From: Candidatus Poribacteria bacterium
Lineage (GTDB): Bacteria > Poribacteria > WGA-4E > WGA-3G
Direction: 5' to 3'
NCBI GenBank assembly: GCA_965214095.1
Contig: OZ243938.1
Coordinates: forward strand, 2,880,001 to 2,944,000
DNA: 64,000 nt
The notes under the pieces are model-generated. The model was not told the DNA's origin and did not search any database. It was given only the letters and a program-made list of their open reading frames with translations. The position numbers and the translations under genes are program-made. Below, piece after piece: positions 29,523-39,518 of the stretch (positions are counted from its first letter, which is position 1; each line of letters begins with the position of its first letter).

Positions 29523-31475
29523 TCAACGTGGTAGGGCATGATACCCGATACCAGTAAAGAAACCGATCAACATCCAGATTGCTACCATCACATACTCCCC
29601 GAAGATTAAGCCAAAAGCAATTGGACGAATCTTACGATATGTCAACGGACCACCGAATTTAAGAGCAAAGTATTTTATACCCCATCCAATCATAATGGAA
29701 GACCATAGATGGAACGAGGGATATGTCGCACCTAATAGGTAGCCAATCGGATGGAGTGACCACCAGACGAAGCTTTGACGCATCCAGAGCATAAAGCCGG
29801 TGAAACCTGCTCCTGCGATCATACTGTAGACTTCAAGCCAGTTTGTTTCTGATGGAAACTGTATGAGTTTGTTCGTTCTATTGAAATATGCCCGTGGTGC
29901 ATTTACAAAGGGCCAACTCTGAAGGAACAGCGCGCCTTTGTCATAAACCAGTGTCAATGTCGCATAAACAGAAACCAACACCGCAACAACGATAGAGATG
30001 GCGAGAATCGGTACGATGCGTCTACGGACAAGATTAACTTCATCGGCTGCCTTGAAACTGTGCAGGAAGTTTGGCATCATGAATTCACCCCAATCCCGCA
30101 GGAACGTCCGCTGGAAACTGAGAACAGCCAGGCTTTTTTGTCCCATTGCACCTGAGCCGACCGTAAAATTGATGTAGTCGGATGGGAAGAAAGGGGCTTG
30201 CACAAGGAGTAGACCACCATTTACCACCATCCATGATAACACAACAGATGTGATGAAGATGGAAAGTAAAACGACAAACGCTACCCACGCAGTTATGCCG
30301 GCAAACATAAAAAATCCAACGAGTGTAGCAAACCCAAGCAGAAAACCGAGGAGTGCTAAACGATATGGGATAGGTTCATCAGAATCGTCAACCGTTCGAC
30401 TTTCAGTTGTGGCACGTAAGCCGAATGTCTTCCTGATAATAGATGCAATATGTTCCCGTCCACCCCAGAAAACAGCAGGTACAAAGACAAGAAACCCTCC
30501 CATGACCTGACGGCTACAACTTGCCCACGGTCCCAGTCCGAAACTGGTTGCACTCATGATGATATATTGTAATTTGAAAAACAGGAAGAAGAACCAGAGA
30601 CTGAATGACACTTCAAGCGTAAGCAACGCAGCCACCCCGATAACCGAGAAATAGATTGCAATGTTCATCGCTGGCCACATTCCGAGCGTATGCCACGGCT
30701 TTTCTGTGAAGGCGCGGTGGATGTTGTATAACAAAGGTATTTCTGGGACGTTTGGAAAGTGTGCGTGCATACCGTTGAGAAAATGTATCAGCACAGGAAA
30801 TGCCATGCCTGCCCACAACAACTTGTTCTTGAAGAATGCGTTAAGCAGCGTGCCACGTTCAGGTTCCGCAGCGAGCTGCACCGGAATCTGGACTAAGGGA
30901 AATGAGAACCTTTCACGTTCTATCCACTGTTTACGTAGGATTGTGGCAAGGCAGATGGTTGTGAAATAGAAGACGAGAACAAATAAACCCCATATCAGCA
31001 ACGGTTTGATCCATGGTGACCACGGCACGCCACCCCCTGCTGAAAGTCCTTCATAGAAATCTGTTACCGCTTGTGTATCCGTGACTACCATCCACTCTGG
31101 TATGTGGGGTTGTAGTGTTTCTGCCCAATCGTTTTCTGGAGTTGTGAAATAACTGAGTGCTACAAGGCATGGCAGCAAGAACTGGAGCAGCCCCATTGAT
31201 GGAATGCCGACTGCGACAATCAGCATCATCCAGATGACTGTCAGTTCCAGAGCGGAGAACGAAAAGCGACTGCTTCGTGTCAGTAGACGTAGTGGGAGGT
31301 TGACAACGAAAACGAGTAGGAGTAACCCGAAGATGGAACCGACAGGGAGGTGATTACCCGATATCTTTGAGTTTTCCAGAAAGTAGTTGTTGTAAGGGGT
31401 GATTGCACAGATTGCCCCGACTAAGAATAGTCCTACAAGGATGGCAGAGAATCGGATTTTGGGGCGGCGTGACAT
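29523..31475 (-). CDS. Polytopic membrane protein, DUF6785/DUF6784-like putative transporter
   Basis: 650 aa with many TM segments; LRKQWIERERFSFPLVQIP and WWSLHPIGY motifs. Confidence 0.7.
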   Translation of the reverse strand: MSRRPKIRFSAILVGLFLVGAICAITPYNNYFLENSKISGNHLPVGSIFGLLLLVFVVNLPLRLLTRSSRFSFSALELTVIWMMLIVAVGIPSMGLLQFLLPCLVALSYFTTPENDWAETLQPHIPEWMVVTDTQAVTDFYEGLSAGGGVPWSPWIKPLLIWGLFVLVFYFTTICLATILRKQWIERERFSFPLVQIPVQLAAEPERGTLLNAFFKNKLLWAGMAFPVLIHFLNGMHAHFPNVPEIPLLYNIHRAFTEKPWHTLGMWPAMNIAIYFSVIGVAALLTLEVSFSLWFFFLFFKLQYIIMSATSFGLGPWASCSRQVMGGFLVFVPAVFWGGREHIASIIRKTFGLRATTESRTVDDSDEPIPYRLALLGFLLGFATLVGFFMFAGITAWVAFVVLLSIFITSVVLSWMVVNGGLLLVQAPFFPSDYINFTVGSGAMGQKSLAVLSFQRTFLRDWGEFMMPNFLHSFKAADEVNLVRRRIVPILAISIVVAVLVSVYATLTLVYDKGALFLQSWPFVNAPRAYFNRTNKLIQFPSETNWLEVYSMIAGAGFTGFMLWMRQSFVWWSLHPIGYLLGATYPSFHLWSSIMIGWGIKYFALKFGGPLTYRKIRPIAFGLIFGEYVMVAIWMLIGFFTGIGYHALPR

Positions 31476-31614
31476 TTTGGTTTTTCTCTGTTTTAGGCGA
31501 CCTTGGGACTAAGGAGCATTTGTAAGGTCACGATTCGGAGATCGCTCCTACAAGAGATGGATTTCCTTCGTAGGAGGGAACTCCGATACCCGACTATTCT
31601 TCCAGTTTCCTATC

Positions 31615-33075
31615 TTACTCTCCTTCAGGTTCGTCACGAAGGACAGGATTATAGAGGCAGAGCTCAGCGTCTACGATTCTGCCATCAGGTAAGGTATAGG
31701 CGTTCGGTGTGCCTCTACCCCACGATGCTTTCCAATCTTTGCTGCGTTCTTTATCTATTTCCTTCTGTTGTTCAACATCTTCCCATTCAAATCCGCTCAT
31801 GAGTTGTTCATGTAGAGATGCTTCCAATTCACTGAGTTCAGGTTTTCCAGTCAGATTTTCAAATTCCTCGGGGTCGTTTTCCAAATCAAACAGGATGGAC
31901 TCGTCTTCAGGGAAAGCGACATATTTGTACCGAGGCGTTCTCAACATCCGCATTGGGCCGGTTGTTTGGGGTGCCCAATATTCGCTGATGGCAGTGTTTC
32001 GCCACCCATCAACATTTCCGGACATCAGATTTGACAGGTCTGAACCGTCTAAACCATTGGGGATAGGAATGTCTGCCCTTGCACATAAGGTTGGGAATAG
32101 GTCATTTAATTCGACAGGTGCGTTGACACGTCTGCCGTGTGTGTCTTCTGATCGTGTATCGTGGATAATGAGTGGCACGCGTGCTGCTGCCTCATAATAA
32201 CTGGATTTCCACCATTGTCCATGCTCACCCGCCATCTCACCGTGGTCGGTGGTATAAACAATGATTGTATTGTCTAAGAACCCATCACGTTCCAAGATAG
32301 TCAGTAAATCACCGACACATTCATCAAGAAATTCACAGCAGGCATAATAAGCGGCACGTGCCTTTCGAGTTTCTTCCTCATCAATAGCTGCAGTGTTGAA
32401 GTTTTTTCGCAGTCCTTCCGCAAAGCGATGTGTCTGTTCCAAATGTCCTGGCGGGATGTTTGGCATGTCTATGTTGTCAGGATAGTATTTGTCCAGAAGT
32501 CTTTTTGGAGCAGTCAACGGGAAATGCGGACGACTATAACTTGCAAGTAAGAACCACGGCTGGTCATCAGGTTGTGACCGAATATATTCAATTGTTTCTT
32601 CATTGACCACCCGTTCTTGCAGTAGGCTTGTTGGGATTTGTGTGACACCTGCATCCTTTGTGCGATTTTGGTTGCCACTGAGTGGGTCGCGTTGATGTCC
32701 CGCATTCCCACGCAGATCCCCATAAGGACGGGATTGGAAGCCGTGATTTTGTTCTTTTCCACCGAAGTGCATTTTTCCAACGAGTGCTGTAGCATACCCG
32801 TGTTCTGCGAAATGTGCAGGCATTGTTAGATGTTCAGGGAATAAGATTGAACCGTTATTCCATGCGGAGCATCGGCGAGCGTATTTTCCTGTGAGCATGC
32901 ACATCCGTGAAGGTGTGCAGAGCGGGAATTGGCAGTATGCGGCATCAAAATAGTTGCCTGCTGCTGCAAGGCGATCAAGGTGGGGTGTTTGGACAATATC
33001 GTTGCCTTCAAGTCCGATGGCGTGTGGACTGTGTTCATCACTTTGAAGAAATAGGATATTCGGTTTTTGTGCCAT
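31615..33075 (-). CDS. Cys-type (formylglycine) sulfatase, choline-sulfatase-like
   Basis: PNILFLQSDEH, CTPSR, GKMHF, PHFP, TTDHGEM and LFDLENDP.E; no signal peptide. Confidence 0.93.
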   Translation of the reverse strand: MAQKPNILFLQSDEHSPHAIGLEGNDIVQTPHLDRLAAAGNYFDAAYCQFPLCTPSRMCMLTGKYARRCSAWNNGSILFPEHLTMPAHFAEHGYATALVGKMHFGGKEQNHGFQSRPYGDLRGNAGHQRDPLSGNQNRTKDAGVTQIPTSLLQERVVNEETIEYIRSQPDDQPWFLLASYSRPHFPLTAPKRLLDKYYPDNIDMPNIPPGHLEQTHRFAEGLRKNFNTAAIDEEETRKARAAYYACCEFLDECVGDLLTILERDGFLDNTIIVYTTDHGEMAGEHGQWWKSSYYEAAARVPLIIHDTRSEDTHGRRVNAPVELNDLFPTLCARADIPIPNGLDGSDLSNLMSGNVDGWRNTAISEYWAPQTTGPMRMLRTPRYKYVAFPEDESILFDLENDPEEFENLTGKPELSELEASLHEQLMSGFEWEDVEQQKEIDKERSKDWKASWGRGTPNAYTLPDGRIVDAELCLYNPVLRDEPEGE

Positions 33076-33276
33076 ACTGTGGTCATCTCCTTATCTTGAG
33101 GACAATTCTGAGTTGATCTGTATTGCGATACATTTTGGAAGATATTCTTTGTGGGTATTCTATCTCTTTAGTTTACAGGAATATTCTATGTAATTCAAGC
33201 GGAAATATGACATGGCAGGTTTATTTAGTTTTCGATTTTTCTTGTCCTTTTTTCACAAATGCTAAATGCCTCAAGC

Positions 33277-34003
33277 CGGTAGGTTCGGTTTCCTAACCGC
33301 ACCTCAGCAATCTAACAAAGGTAGGCGAGGTTTCCTAACCTCGCCGACGTAGAGTGTTTAAGTAATTTCAAAATCTACTATAAGTCAATAATTTACCATA
33401 AACATTCAGATCGTAAATGATATGCCAATCCTTGCGGAAAGCTCAACCACAATTCACGGTAAGTAATTTTTGTATCCATTTCTCTGTTTCTCAATATAGG
33501 GTGTACTAAAGATTTGAAAAACGCAAACATCCGATAAACCCGATACCTACGCAATTTAGTCAAAATTACAGATGTTCACTTTTTTAGTACCCACCCCTAA
33601 TTTGATACCTATAATTTATTGTCAAATTACAACTATTGGTTTGTCTACCTTAATTTTAAGGGTAATATGATCGTAGGGGCGAGGTCACCTCGCCCTCTTC
33701 CAAATCACATACCTGTAATTTTAGAGTGGACACTCCATTATTGCTTACCAAAATATCCGATATTTACTCAATTTACGTTAAATTACTAATTGGTAAAATT
33801 GGTAATTTTTTGATCGGAAAAACCCAGTCATAGACAGGATCCGTGTACAGAAAAAATTACCAATTGCCTAAAAGTATCAACACTAAGCAAGTTTCAATAT
33901 TAAATGTGCACATTGTCCATTGATAGCGGGCGGGGAAACCCCGCCCCTACGAACGCGGTAGCATCATCTGCCGAAAAAATCGGGGGTGGAAACCCCTCCA
34001 ACA
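33277..34003. repeat. Intergenic cluster of REP hairpins and MITE fragments
   Basis: Family B REP (33277), half family E element (33320-33382), family D element (33637-33737), inverted repeat ATTGGTAATTTTTT/AAAAAATTACCAAT (about 33798-33864), REP at about 33928-33950 and family F (33979). Confidence 0.7.
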
Positions 34004-34052
34004 TGAGATGAGGTGCTTAATTGTGCCTAATGTTCAATGTGATCCAAGTATC

Positions 34053-36089
34053 TCAATGTGGGGGTGTTGCTTTTAGTTTGCCAACCCCCATCTGAATTGC
34101 AGGGAGGACGGTGTTTGAGATGTTTGCGGTATAATCAAAGATAGTCCAGCCGGACGCGCCTAAGAATCGAGCGAGGTGTATCTGACCAACCACTGCATCG
34201 GGGGTTAGGAGTGAATTGGACGCAGTTGCACCGATACCAGGATAGATTGCGACATCTTTTGGCATAAGGTCAAGTTGATTTTCTAACAGGTCGGTAAAAT
34301 ACTTGGAGTCTTCGGTGTAGTTCATCGGACAAACGAAGTCTATATATCCCGCTTTTGCCCATGCAATCCAATCCTGTCCAATGGAGGTTACGCATGAAGG
34401 GTAGCCACCAAAGACAGCAGTTGAAATCTTGATGTCAGGTTTTATGGTCTTCGCTCTTTTGTGGATTAAACGGACTAATCGGGTAATCTGTTGTGCACGC
34501 CAGTCAATATAAGCTTGACCATGTTCTCCCGATTTTGGTAAAACGGATGCGGGGAAGTCTTTGATGACTTGTCTGGTAGCGAGTGTAAATCTTTTTTTAC
34601 ATTCTTGGCAGAAGCAGGCACGGCTGCCCGGATATCGGATATAATCCAGATGGATACCATCAACATCGTAGTTCTGGACGATTTCTATGATAGTGTTTAG
34701 TTCTAACTTGACATTTTCTGGATGTGATGGACAGAGCCAGTTGATCGTTTCGCTTTTATCAGATACTTGCGTGCGACCTTCCTTTTGCATTTTCTCTGCA
34801 AATTCCTTCGGTGCACCTTCCAAATTCCATGTTATTTTCCATACGTGAACTTCCATATTGTGTTTGTGTGCGGCTTCCACGCACTGCGCGATTTGATCGC
34901 CGTATTGTTTGAACTTATTGCTCTGAGGCAACACTTTGCTATCGTAATGTGCTACACCTGCCCATGCCATATTTGGGAGAATCATGTTGATGCCAGCAAT
35001 GGCTAATTCTTTTATGGAACGTTCCCAATCCCCTGGATATGCCCCCAGACCAGAATGATTCCACAACCCGCGTCCTTCTGTTGCATCGCTGTGATGAGAT
35101 AGATTATATGCTTTTGATAATGCATCGTGGCTTTGACGTGCTGCTGTCATAGAGGCGTGATATTCTTTTTGTGCGTATTTTGTCCGTGCTTGTGTTGTCA
35201 ATGTTTTTCCTGATTGTAATGCCTCTCTTGCTTCAGAAACTTCACCGAATGCTACAAATTTGGTTAGGTGATTCAGATTGTTGATATGTCCAACAGTGGT
35301 CATTCCATCCAATTCGCGTTTTGCGATTGCATGCTGAAATTCTGGTACGAGATGACCGAGAAGTGCTGCGAGGAGTTGCGTTTTTGTTTGGATATCGTCA
35401 GGTAGAAAGACATGGCTGAAAAACGCGCCTTTATTGTTTAGAAAGAGAGCGGGATGACCTGCCGGTTGTCCATCTTTATTGTGCCAATGTCCGATAATTC
35501 TTGTTTCTGGATCTGTTGATTCTGCTACTGTGATGTTCCACGAAGTCTGCCGCACAGATTTTGGGATTCCTAATACTTCTGGTGCATCAATTTGAACGGA
35601 TGCGAACTGTCCTGGGGGGTCTGCGCGTAACCATTTTATGCTACGTAGATTCATAAGTTGTGCGATTTCATCGGCGAGATTATAGGTTACAAATAGTTTC
35701 CCACCGCGTTGGACGAAGTTTTTAAGAAGACTAGCAGTTTCAGGTCTGATCTTGGGGTTCAAGGGAAGGATTATCAACCGATATGGATTGGCTGAGGTCT
35801 CTTTTAGACGTGAGTCGTTGGCAGCGGTTGCCTCATCCATTTGGACTGCGGAAAAACCGAAACTACTGAGCATACGTACGAACCGTTTGCTGACTGTTCG
35901 GGCATAGTTAACATCACCTTCTGGAACACCAGATGCTGTTGATGGTAAGAGGATGGCGATATCTGATTGTTGTGCGGCGGTATCGGTTAATACGCCTGCG
36001 GAACATAAAAGGATTATGATGAGTGCAAGTATTATGTTCTTAGGAAAGATGTTGAAACCTGTTTTTTGAAATGGCATGTTTAGATCCAT
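34053..36089 (-). CDS. GH10-like (DUF187, YddW/DigH-like) glycosyl hydrolase with N-terminal accessory domain
   Basis: AH..NMEVHVW, WLCPSHP, YDVDGIHLDYIRYP and QDW..W...GYIDFVCPMNY; N-terminal hydrophobic segment; start codon uncertain. Confidence 0.85.
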   Translation of the reverse strand: MDLNMPFQKTGFNIFPKNIILALIIILLCSAGVLTDTAAQQSDIAILLPSTASGVPEGDVNYARTVSKRFVRMLSSFGFSAVQMDEATAANDSRLKETSANPYRLIILPLNPKIRPETASLLKNFVQRGGKLFVTYNLADEIAQLMNLRSIKWLRADPPGQFASVQIDAPEVLGIPKSVRQTSWNITVAESTDPETRIIGHWHNKDGQPAGHPALFLNNKGAFFSHVFLPDDIQTKTQLLAALLGHLVPEFQHAIAKRELDGMTTVGHINNLNHLTKFVAFGEVSEAREALQSGKTLTTQARTKYAQKEYHASMTAARQSHDALSKAYNLSHHSDATEGRGLWNHSGLGAYPGDWERSIKELAIAGINMILPNMAWAGVAHYDSKVLPQSNKFKQYGDQIAQCVEAAHKHNMEVHVWKITWNLEGAPKEFAEKMQKEGRTQVSDKSETINWLCPSHPENVKLELNTIIEIVQNYDVDGIHLDYIRYPGSRACFCQECKKRFTLATRQVIKDFPASVLPKSGEHGQAYIDWRAQQITRLVRLIHKRAKTIKPDIKISTAVFGGYPSCVTSIGQDWIAWAKAGYIDFVCPMNYTEDSKYFTDLLENQLDLMPKDVAIYPGIGATASNSLLTPDAVVGQIHLARFLGASGWTIFDYTANISNTVLPAIQMGVGKLKATPPH

Positions 36090-36130
36090 GAGTATCGGGG
36101 TAAGAAACCCTCCAACAATTGGGAAATGGG

Positions 36131-37540
36131 TTAACGTTTCGTTGCTGCAAAAAACTTGGGGTTTTGTTTAGTGTTCTTGCTAATTTGTTGCGTGTTTCCC
36201 AAGAACTTTTCAACGCCTCTGACGATAGCATCTGTGAGTTTTTGTTGATATGCATCGGATGTAAGTTTCTTGCCTTCAGTTGGATTCGTTACAAAACCTG
36301 TTTCAATCAGGATGGCAGGGACACGTGTTCCGATAAGCACGACAAAACGTGCATGTTTAACGCCACGATCTGTTGCACCTGTTGCTGTGACCAATTCTCG
36401 TTGCACATGTGTTGCTAATCTGCGACTATCCTCACTCTTACTTTCTACGATCAATCCTTTCAACAGCGATTCCAATTCTTGAATACTATATCCTGAGTTT
36501 GCGTTTTCGCGTGCTGCGATGAGTTCAGATTCTTTGTCTGTGCTGGTAACATCCAAATAATAGGTTTCAATTCCGTGCGCGCTTGAATTTCCACTTGCAT
36601 TTGCATGAATGCTCAAAAATAGATCTGCCTTGTTTTTTGTGGCGTAAGTCGTTCTTTCTTTTAGTGGTATGTATCGGTCAGTGTCCCGTGTCAGTAGTAC
36701 TGTATAACCTTTTGCCGTTAATATAGCCCCTACTTTCTTTGAAATGCTGAGTGCGATGGGTTTTTCAAATAGATTACCTGCCCCGATTCCACCGGGGTCT
36801 TTGCCACCGTGTCCTGCATCAATGACAATCGTTTTCGCGGATAAACCGAATTCTTGTGTGAGAGTGCCAGGAGTTAACGGGTTTGTGTTGGTTTCGTCAG
36901 GTTTTGGAATGACTACTGGTTTCGGTTGTGGTGTAGATGTTTTCTGAGGAGATTTTAATGTTTCAAGTTCTTCAGTTGCGGTGTTTACGATTTCCTTTTG
37001 TTTTGCAGTTTCAATGATGTCTACATAAAGGGTTTCAGCGCGTGTTTCGTATCCCTCATCTGCATAAGTTCGTCCTAAAGCCAACTTTGCATTTGCTGCA
37101 ACATCTGATTCTGCATATCGGTCAATAACAATCTGGTAGTGGTGTGCTGCACGTGCGGTGTCGCCAATCAGTGTGTAGCATTGCGCAAGCCAATAGTGTG
37201 CTTGCGGTAATTGTTTTGAATCTGAATATGTGTAAATCAGTCTTCTGAAGGCGGAGATGGCGCGTTGCGGTGCTTCTGTATCTCCTGCTTTGATACACCA
37301 CACCCAGCTGGATGCGATTGCATATTGTGTTGCATCTGCAGTGTCGCTTTCAGTATCTGAGCGAAGATGGTGCTCAAGTTCTGTTATGAGGGTATGCCAC
37401 TCCTCAAGGGTTGCCTGTTTCTCTCCGCTCGTATAATCGTAGTGGCGATTTGCTAAATCATTATAACTAATTGTAGTGGCACATCCGGTGAGTAGTATTA
37501 TGAATAAGAGTATAATTGTCCATAGGTAACAAGGTCTCAC
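36131..37540 (-). CDS. Lipoprotein N-acetylmuramoyl-L-alanine amidase (Amidase_3) with N-terminal TPR domain
   Basis: Lipobox LTG-C; TPR-like helices; IDAGHGGKDPG, EK, SIHAN, ARENA and LIETGF. Confidence 0.92.
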   Translation of the reverse strand: MRPCYLWTIILLFIILLTGCATTISYNDLANRHYDYTSGEKQATLEEWHTLITELEHHLRSDTESDTADATQYAIASSWVWCIKAGDTEAPQRAISAFRRLIYTYSDSKQLPQAHYWLAQCYTLIGDTARAAHHYQIVIDRYAESDVAANAKLALGRTYADEGYETRAETLYVDIIETAKQKEIVNTATEELETLKSPQKTSTPQPKPVVIPKPDETNTNPLTPGTLTQEFGLSAKTIVIDAGHGGKDPGGIGAGNLFEKPIALSISKKVGAILTAKGYTVLLTRDTDRYIPLKERTTYATKNKADLFLSIHANASGNSSAHGIETYYLDVTSTDKESELIAARENANSGYSIQELESLLKGLIVESKSEDSRRLATHVQRELVTATGATDRGVKHARFVVLIGTRVPAILIETGFVTNPTEGKKLTSDAYQQKLTDAIVRGVEKFLGNTQQISKNTKQNPKFFAATKR

Positions 37541-37701
37541 TGTTTTTCTCCTCCGCTTGTTTTTATTTGAAGTCGTCCGTGGACTTTACTTCTGGTAAGC
37601 GGGTATATGTATGTCTTTGTCCTTCTTAATATTTTCTATCATGATTTAAAACGAAAAGATGGGTGGTTTCGTTACTAAAATGGTTTGTGAGGACTCTAAT
37701 T

Positions 37702-37860
37702 GTCTGAACCAGGATTTTCAGGATTAGTAGATTCACAGGATTATGAGTTTGGCTCTCCAAAGTTCCTATTCCCAAGTTGACGTTCATTTTTTGGATGAGA
37801 TTTTGATGTTTCAGACTCTTATCCTGAAAATCCTATAATCCTGTAAATCCTGGTTCAGAC
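37702..37860. mobile_element. Complete family A element with about 40-bp terminal inverted repeats
   Basis: Starts GTCTGAACCAGGATTT and ends AAATCCTGGTTCAGAC. Confidence 0.8.
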
Positions 37861-37900
37861 AAGTGACAAAAACTTTACACACCCCGAATGCAATTTCAGA

Positions 37901-37930
37901 TTGACATAGGATTATAAGGTGTAGTACAAT
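37901..37930 (+). promoter_or_regulatory. sigma70-type promoter upstream of the PhyH gene
   Basis: TTGACA-N18-TACAAT. Confidence 0.5.
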
Positions 37931-37994
37931 AATTCACAAGTATATTTCATGTCGTATAACATCTCTATTCGCTCTATAACCACTCACACGTATT

Positions 37995-38130
37995 TATAGT
38001 GAAATGTAAAAATACGTGCACATCCCCGGTAGATGCGGTTTCCTAACCGCATCTATGAGCCTGAACAAACACCGGTTCGGTTAGGAAACCGAACCTACCG
38101 TCGTGTGTAAATAATTATATTTTTACTATA
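37995..38130 (-). mobile_element. Family B MITE (inverted)
   Basis: The reverse complement aligns with 9282-9419. Confidence 0.82.
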
Positions 38131-38190
38131 ATTGATTTATATCTGAAGAATGATGTGAATATTCACGTCTAACGATAACTGGGATAAGTA

Positions 38191-39009
38191 ATGGCATTTC
38201 AACTTCAAGATTATATGGTGAATGAATACCTCTCGCGAGGTTACCTTGTTTTTCGTGGGATTGTTCCAACCGCTTTACTGACGGATTTACGTCGGGAAGC
38301 GGAGAAGGCACGAGACTTAGCACATAAACTTAATGGTCCTCAGACACAACGGATTCAGCCACTTTCTAACTATGGTGATGACTTAGATTTGAAACCCTTT
38401 TATGACTATACGGAATTACCTGAACTTCGAGATGCTGTGCAGCAACTACTTGGAGACGACTATACGCATGGACATGTAGACATAATGGGTTTGCTTGTTG
38501 AGCCACTTGAACATCCTTGGCATATCGGTTGGCATCGTGATGGTGTGGTAGAGGTGCCACCTGAAGCGCGTGATGAAACTGTAGTCGCTAAACTTGCAGA
38601 AGTGTGGCATGATCTCCGTCATTTTAATCAGGTAAATTGTGCGATTTATGCGGATTCTTGCACTTGGTTTGTTCCGGGTAGCCATCTACGGCAATGGGAC
38701 ATGCCGGGTGAAGAACAATCTACGGGTAATCCTGCGTTGCGTAAACCTGCTGAAGGGCAATCTAATGTGGAAGCGGAACGGTTTTGTTTGGAACATTGTC
38801 AGCAATTTCCTGGTGCTGTTCAGGTCCATTTGGGACCTGGAGACTTTATGATCTATCGTAATTTGGCATGGCACACAGGCAACTATATCACTTATCAACC
38901 GCGCGCGACAATCCACGATGTTGTTCGATATAATGGTGATAAAGATTGGATAGATTGGCAGCAGACAAAGATTGATGCTGTTAATCGTTGGAAAGAAAAA
39001 GAAAAATAG
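38191..39009 (+). CDS. Phytanoyl-CoA dioxygenase (PhyH)-family Fe(II)/2-oxoglutarate dioxygenase
   Basis: GYLVFRG, WHRD, VPGSH and LGPGD...WHTG give the HxD...H triad. Confidence 0.88.
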   Translation: MAFQLQDYMVNEYLSRGYLVFRGIVPTALLTDLRREAEKARDLAHKLNGPQTQRIQPLSNYGDDLDLKPFYDYTELPELRDAVQQLLGDDYTHGHVDIMGLLVEPLEHPWHIGWHRDGVVEVPPEARDETVVAKLAEVWHDLRHFNQVNCAIYADSCTWFVPGSHLRQWDMPGEEQSTGNPALRKPAEGQSNVEAERFCLEHCQQFPGAVQVHLGPGDFMIYRNLAWHTGNYITYQPRATIHDVVRYNGDKDWIDWQQTKIDAVNRWKEKEK

Positions 39010-39052
39010 AATAAATGATTTCACGCAGAATTCAATACATAGGAGACAAAAT

Positions 39053-39154
39053 ATGATGATTGGCCATTGGGAACTCATTATTGTATTCGTAGTTGGTTGC
39101 TTTTTCGTTGGTGCGATACTTTCAGTAGTGGCACTTGCAAAACGTAAAGACTAA
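39053..39154 (+). CDS. 33-aa single-pass membrane peptide, copy 1
   Basis: RBS AGGAG; MMIGHWELIIVFVVGCFFVGAILSVVALAKRKD. Confidence 0.7.
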   Translation: MMIGHWELIIVFVVGCFFVGAILSVVALAKRKD

Positions 39155-39234
39155 TAATTAATAGTAATGGTAAAATCAGAATAAGTTAAAAACATAGAGA
39201 TTTATATTTTCTGTACCAAAAGGAGACAATTAAT

Positions 39235-39336
39235 ATGGGTATTGGTGGTATGGAACTCATTATTGTATTCGTAGTTGGTTGCTTTTTCGTTGGTGCGATA
39301 CTTACAGTAGTGGCACTTATAAAACGTAAACAGTAA
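39235..39336 (+). CDS. 33-aa single-pass membrane peptide, copy 2 (not in ORF track)
   Basis: RBS AGGAG; MGIGGMELIIVFVVGCFFVGAILTVVALIKRKQ. Confidence 0.72.
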   Translation: MGIGGMELIIVFVVGCFFVGAILTVVALIKRKQ

Positions 39337-39355
39337 GAGATACATAACCTACGAC

Positions 39356-39458
39356 TATAGTGAAGCATAGAATTATATCTACACTTTCTATCAACGGTAG
39401 GCGAGGTTTCCTAACCTCGCCTCAGCAATGTGTAGAATTAATTCAATAATTTACCATA
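39356..39458 (+). mobile_element. Diverged family E 103-bp MITE
   Basis: TATAGTGAA...TTTACCATA ends, identical central REP and the same length as the other family E copies. Confidence 0.7.
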
Positions 39459-39518
39459 ATATAGTGAACTCACGTTATATTCAATCGGGGTTGGAAACCC
39501 CTCCAACAAGAGGATATT

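Noticed and set aside
39053-39336. Calling the microproteins tatA/tatE
   Set aside because: They lack the FG hinge and amphipathic helix, and no tatC is nearby.
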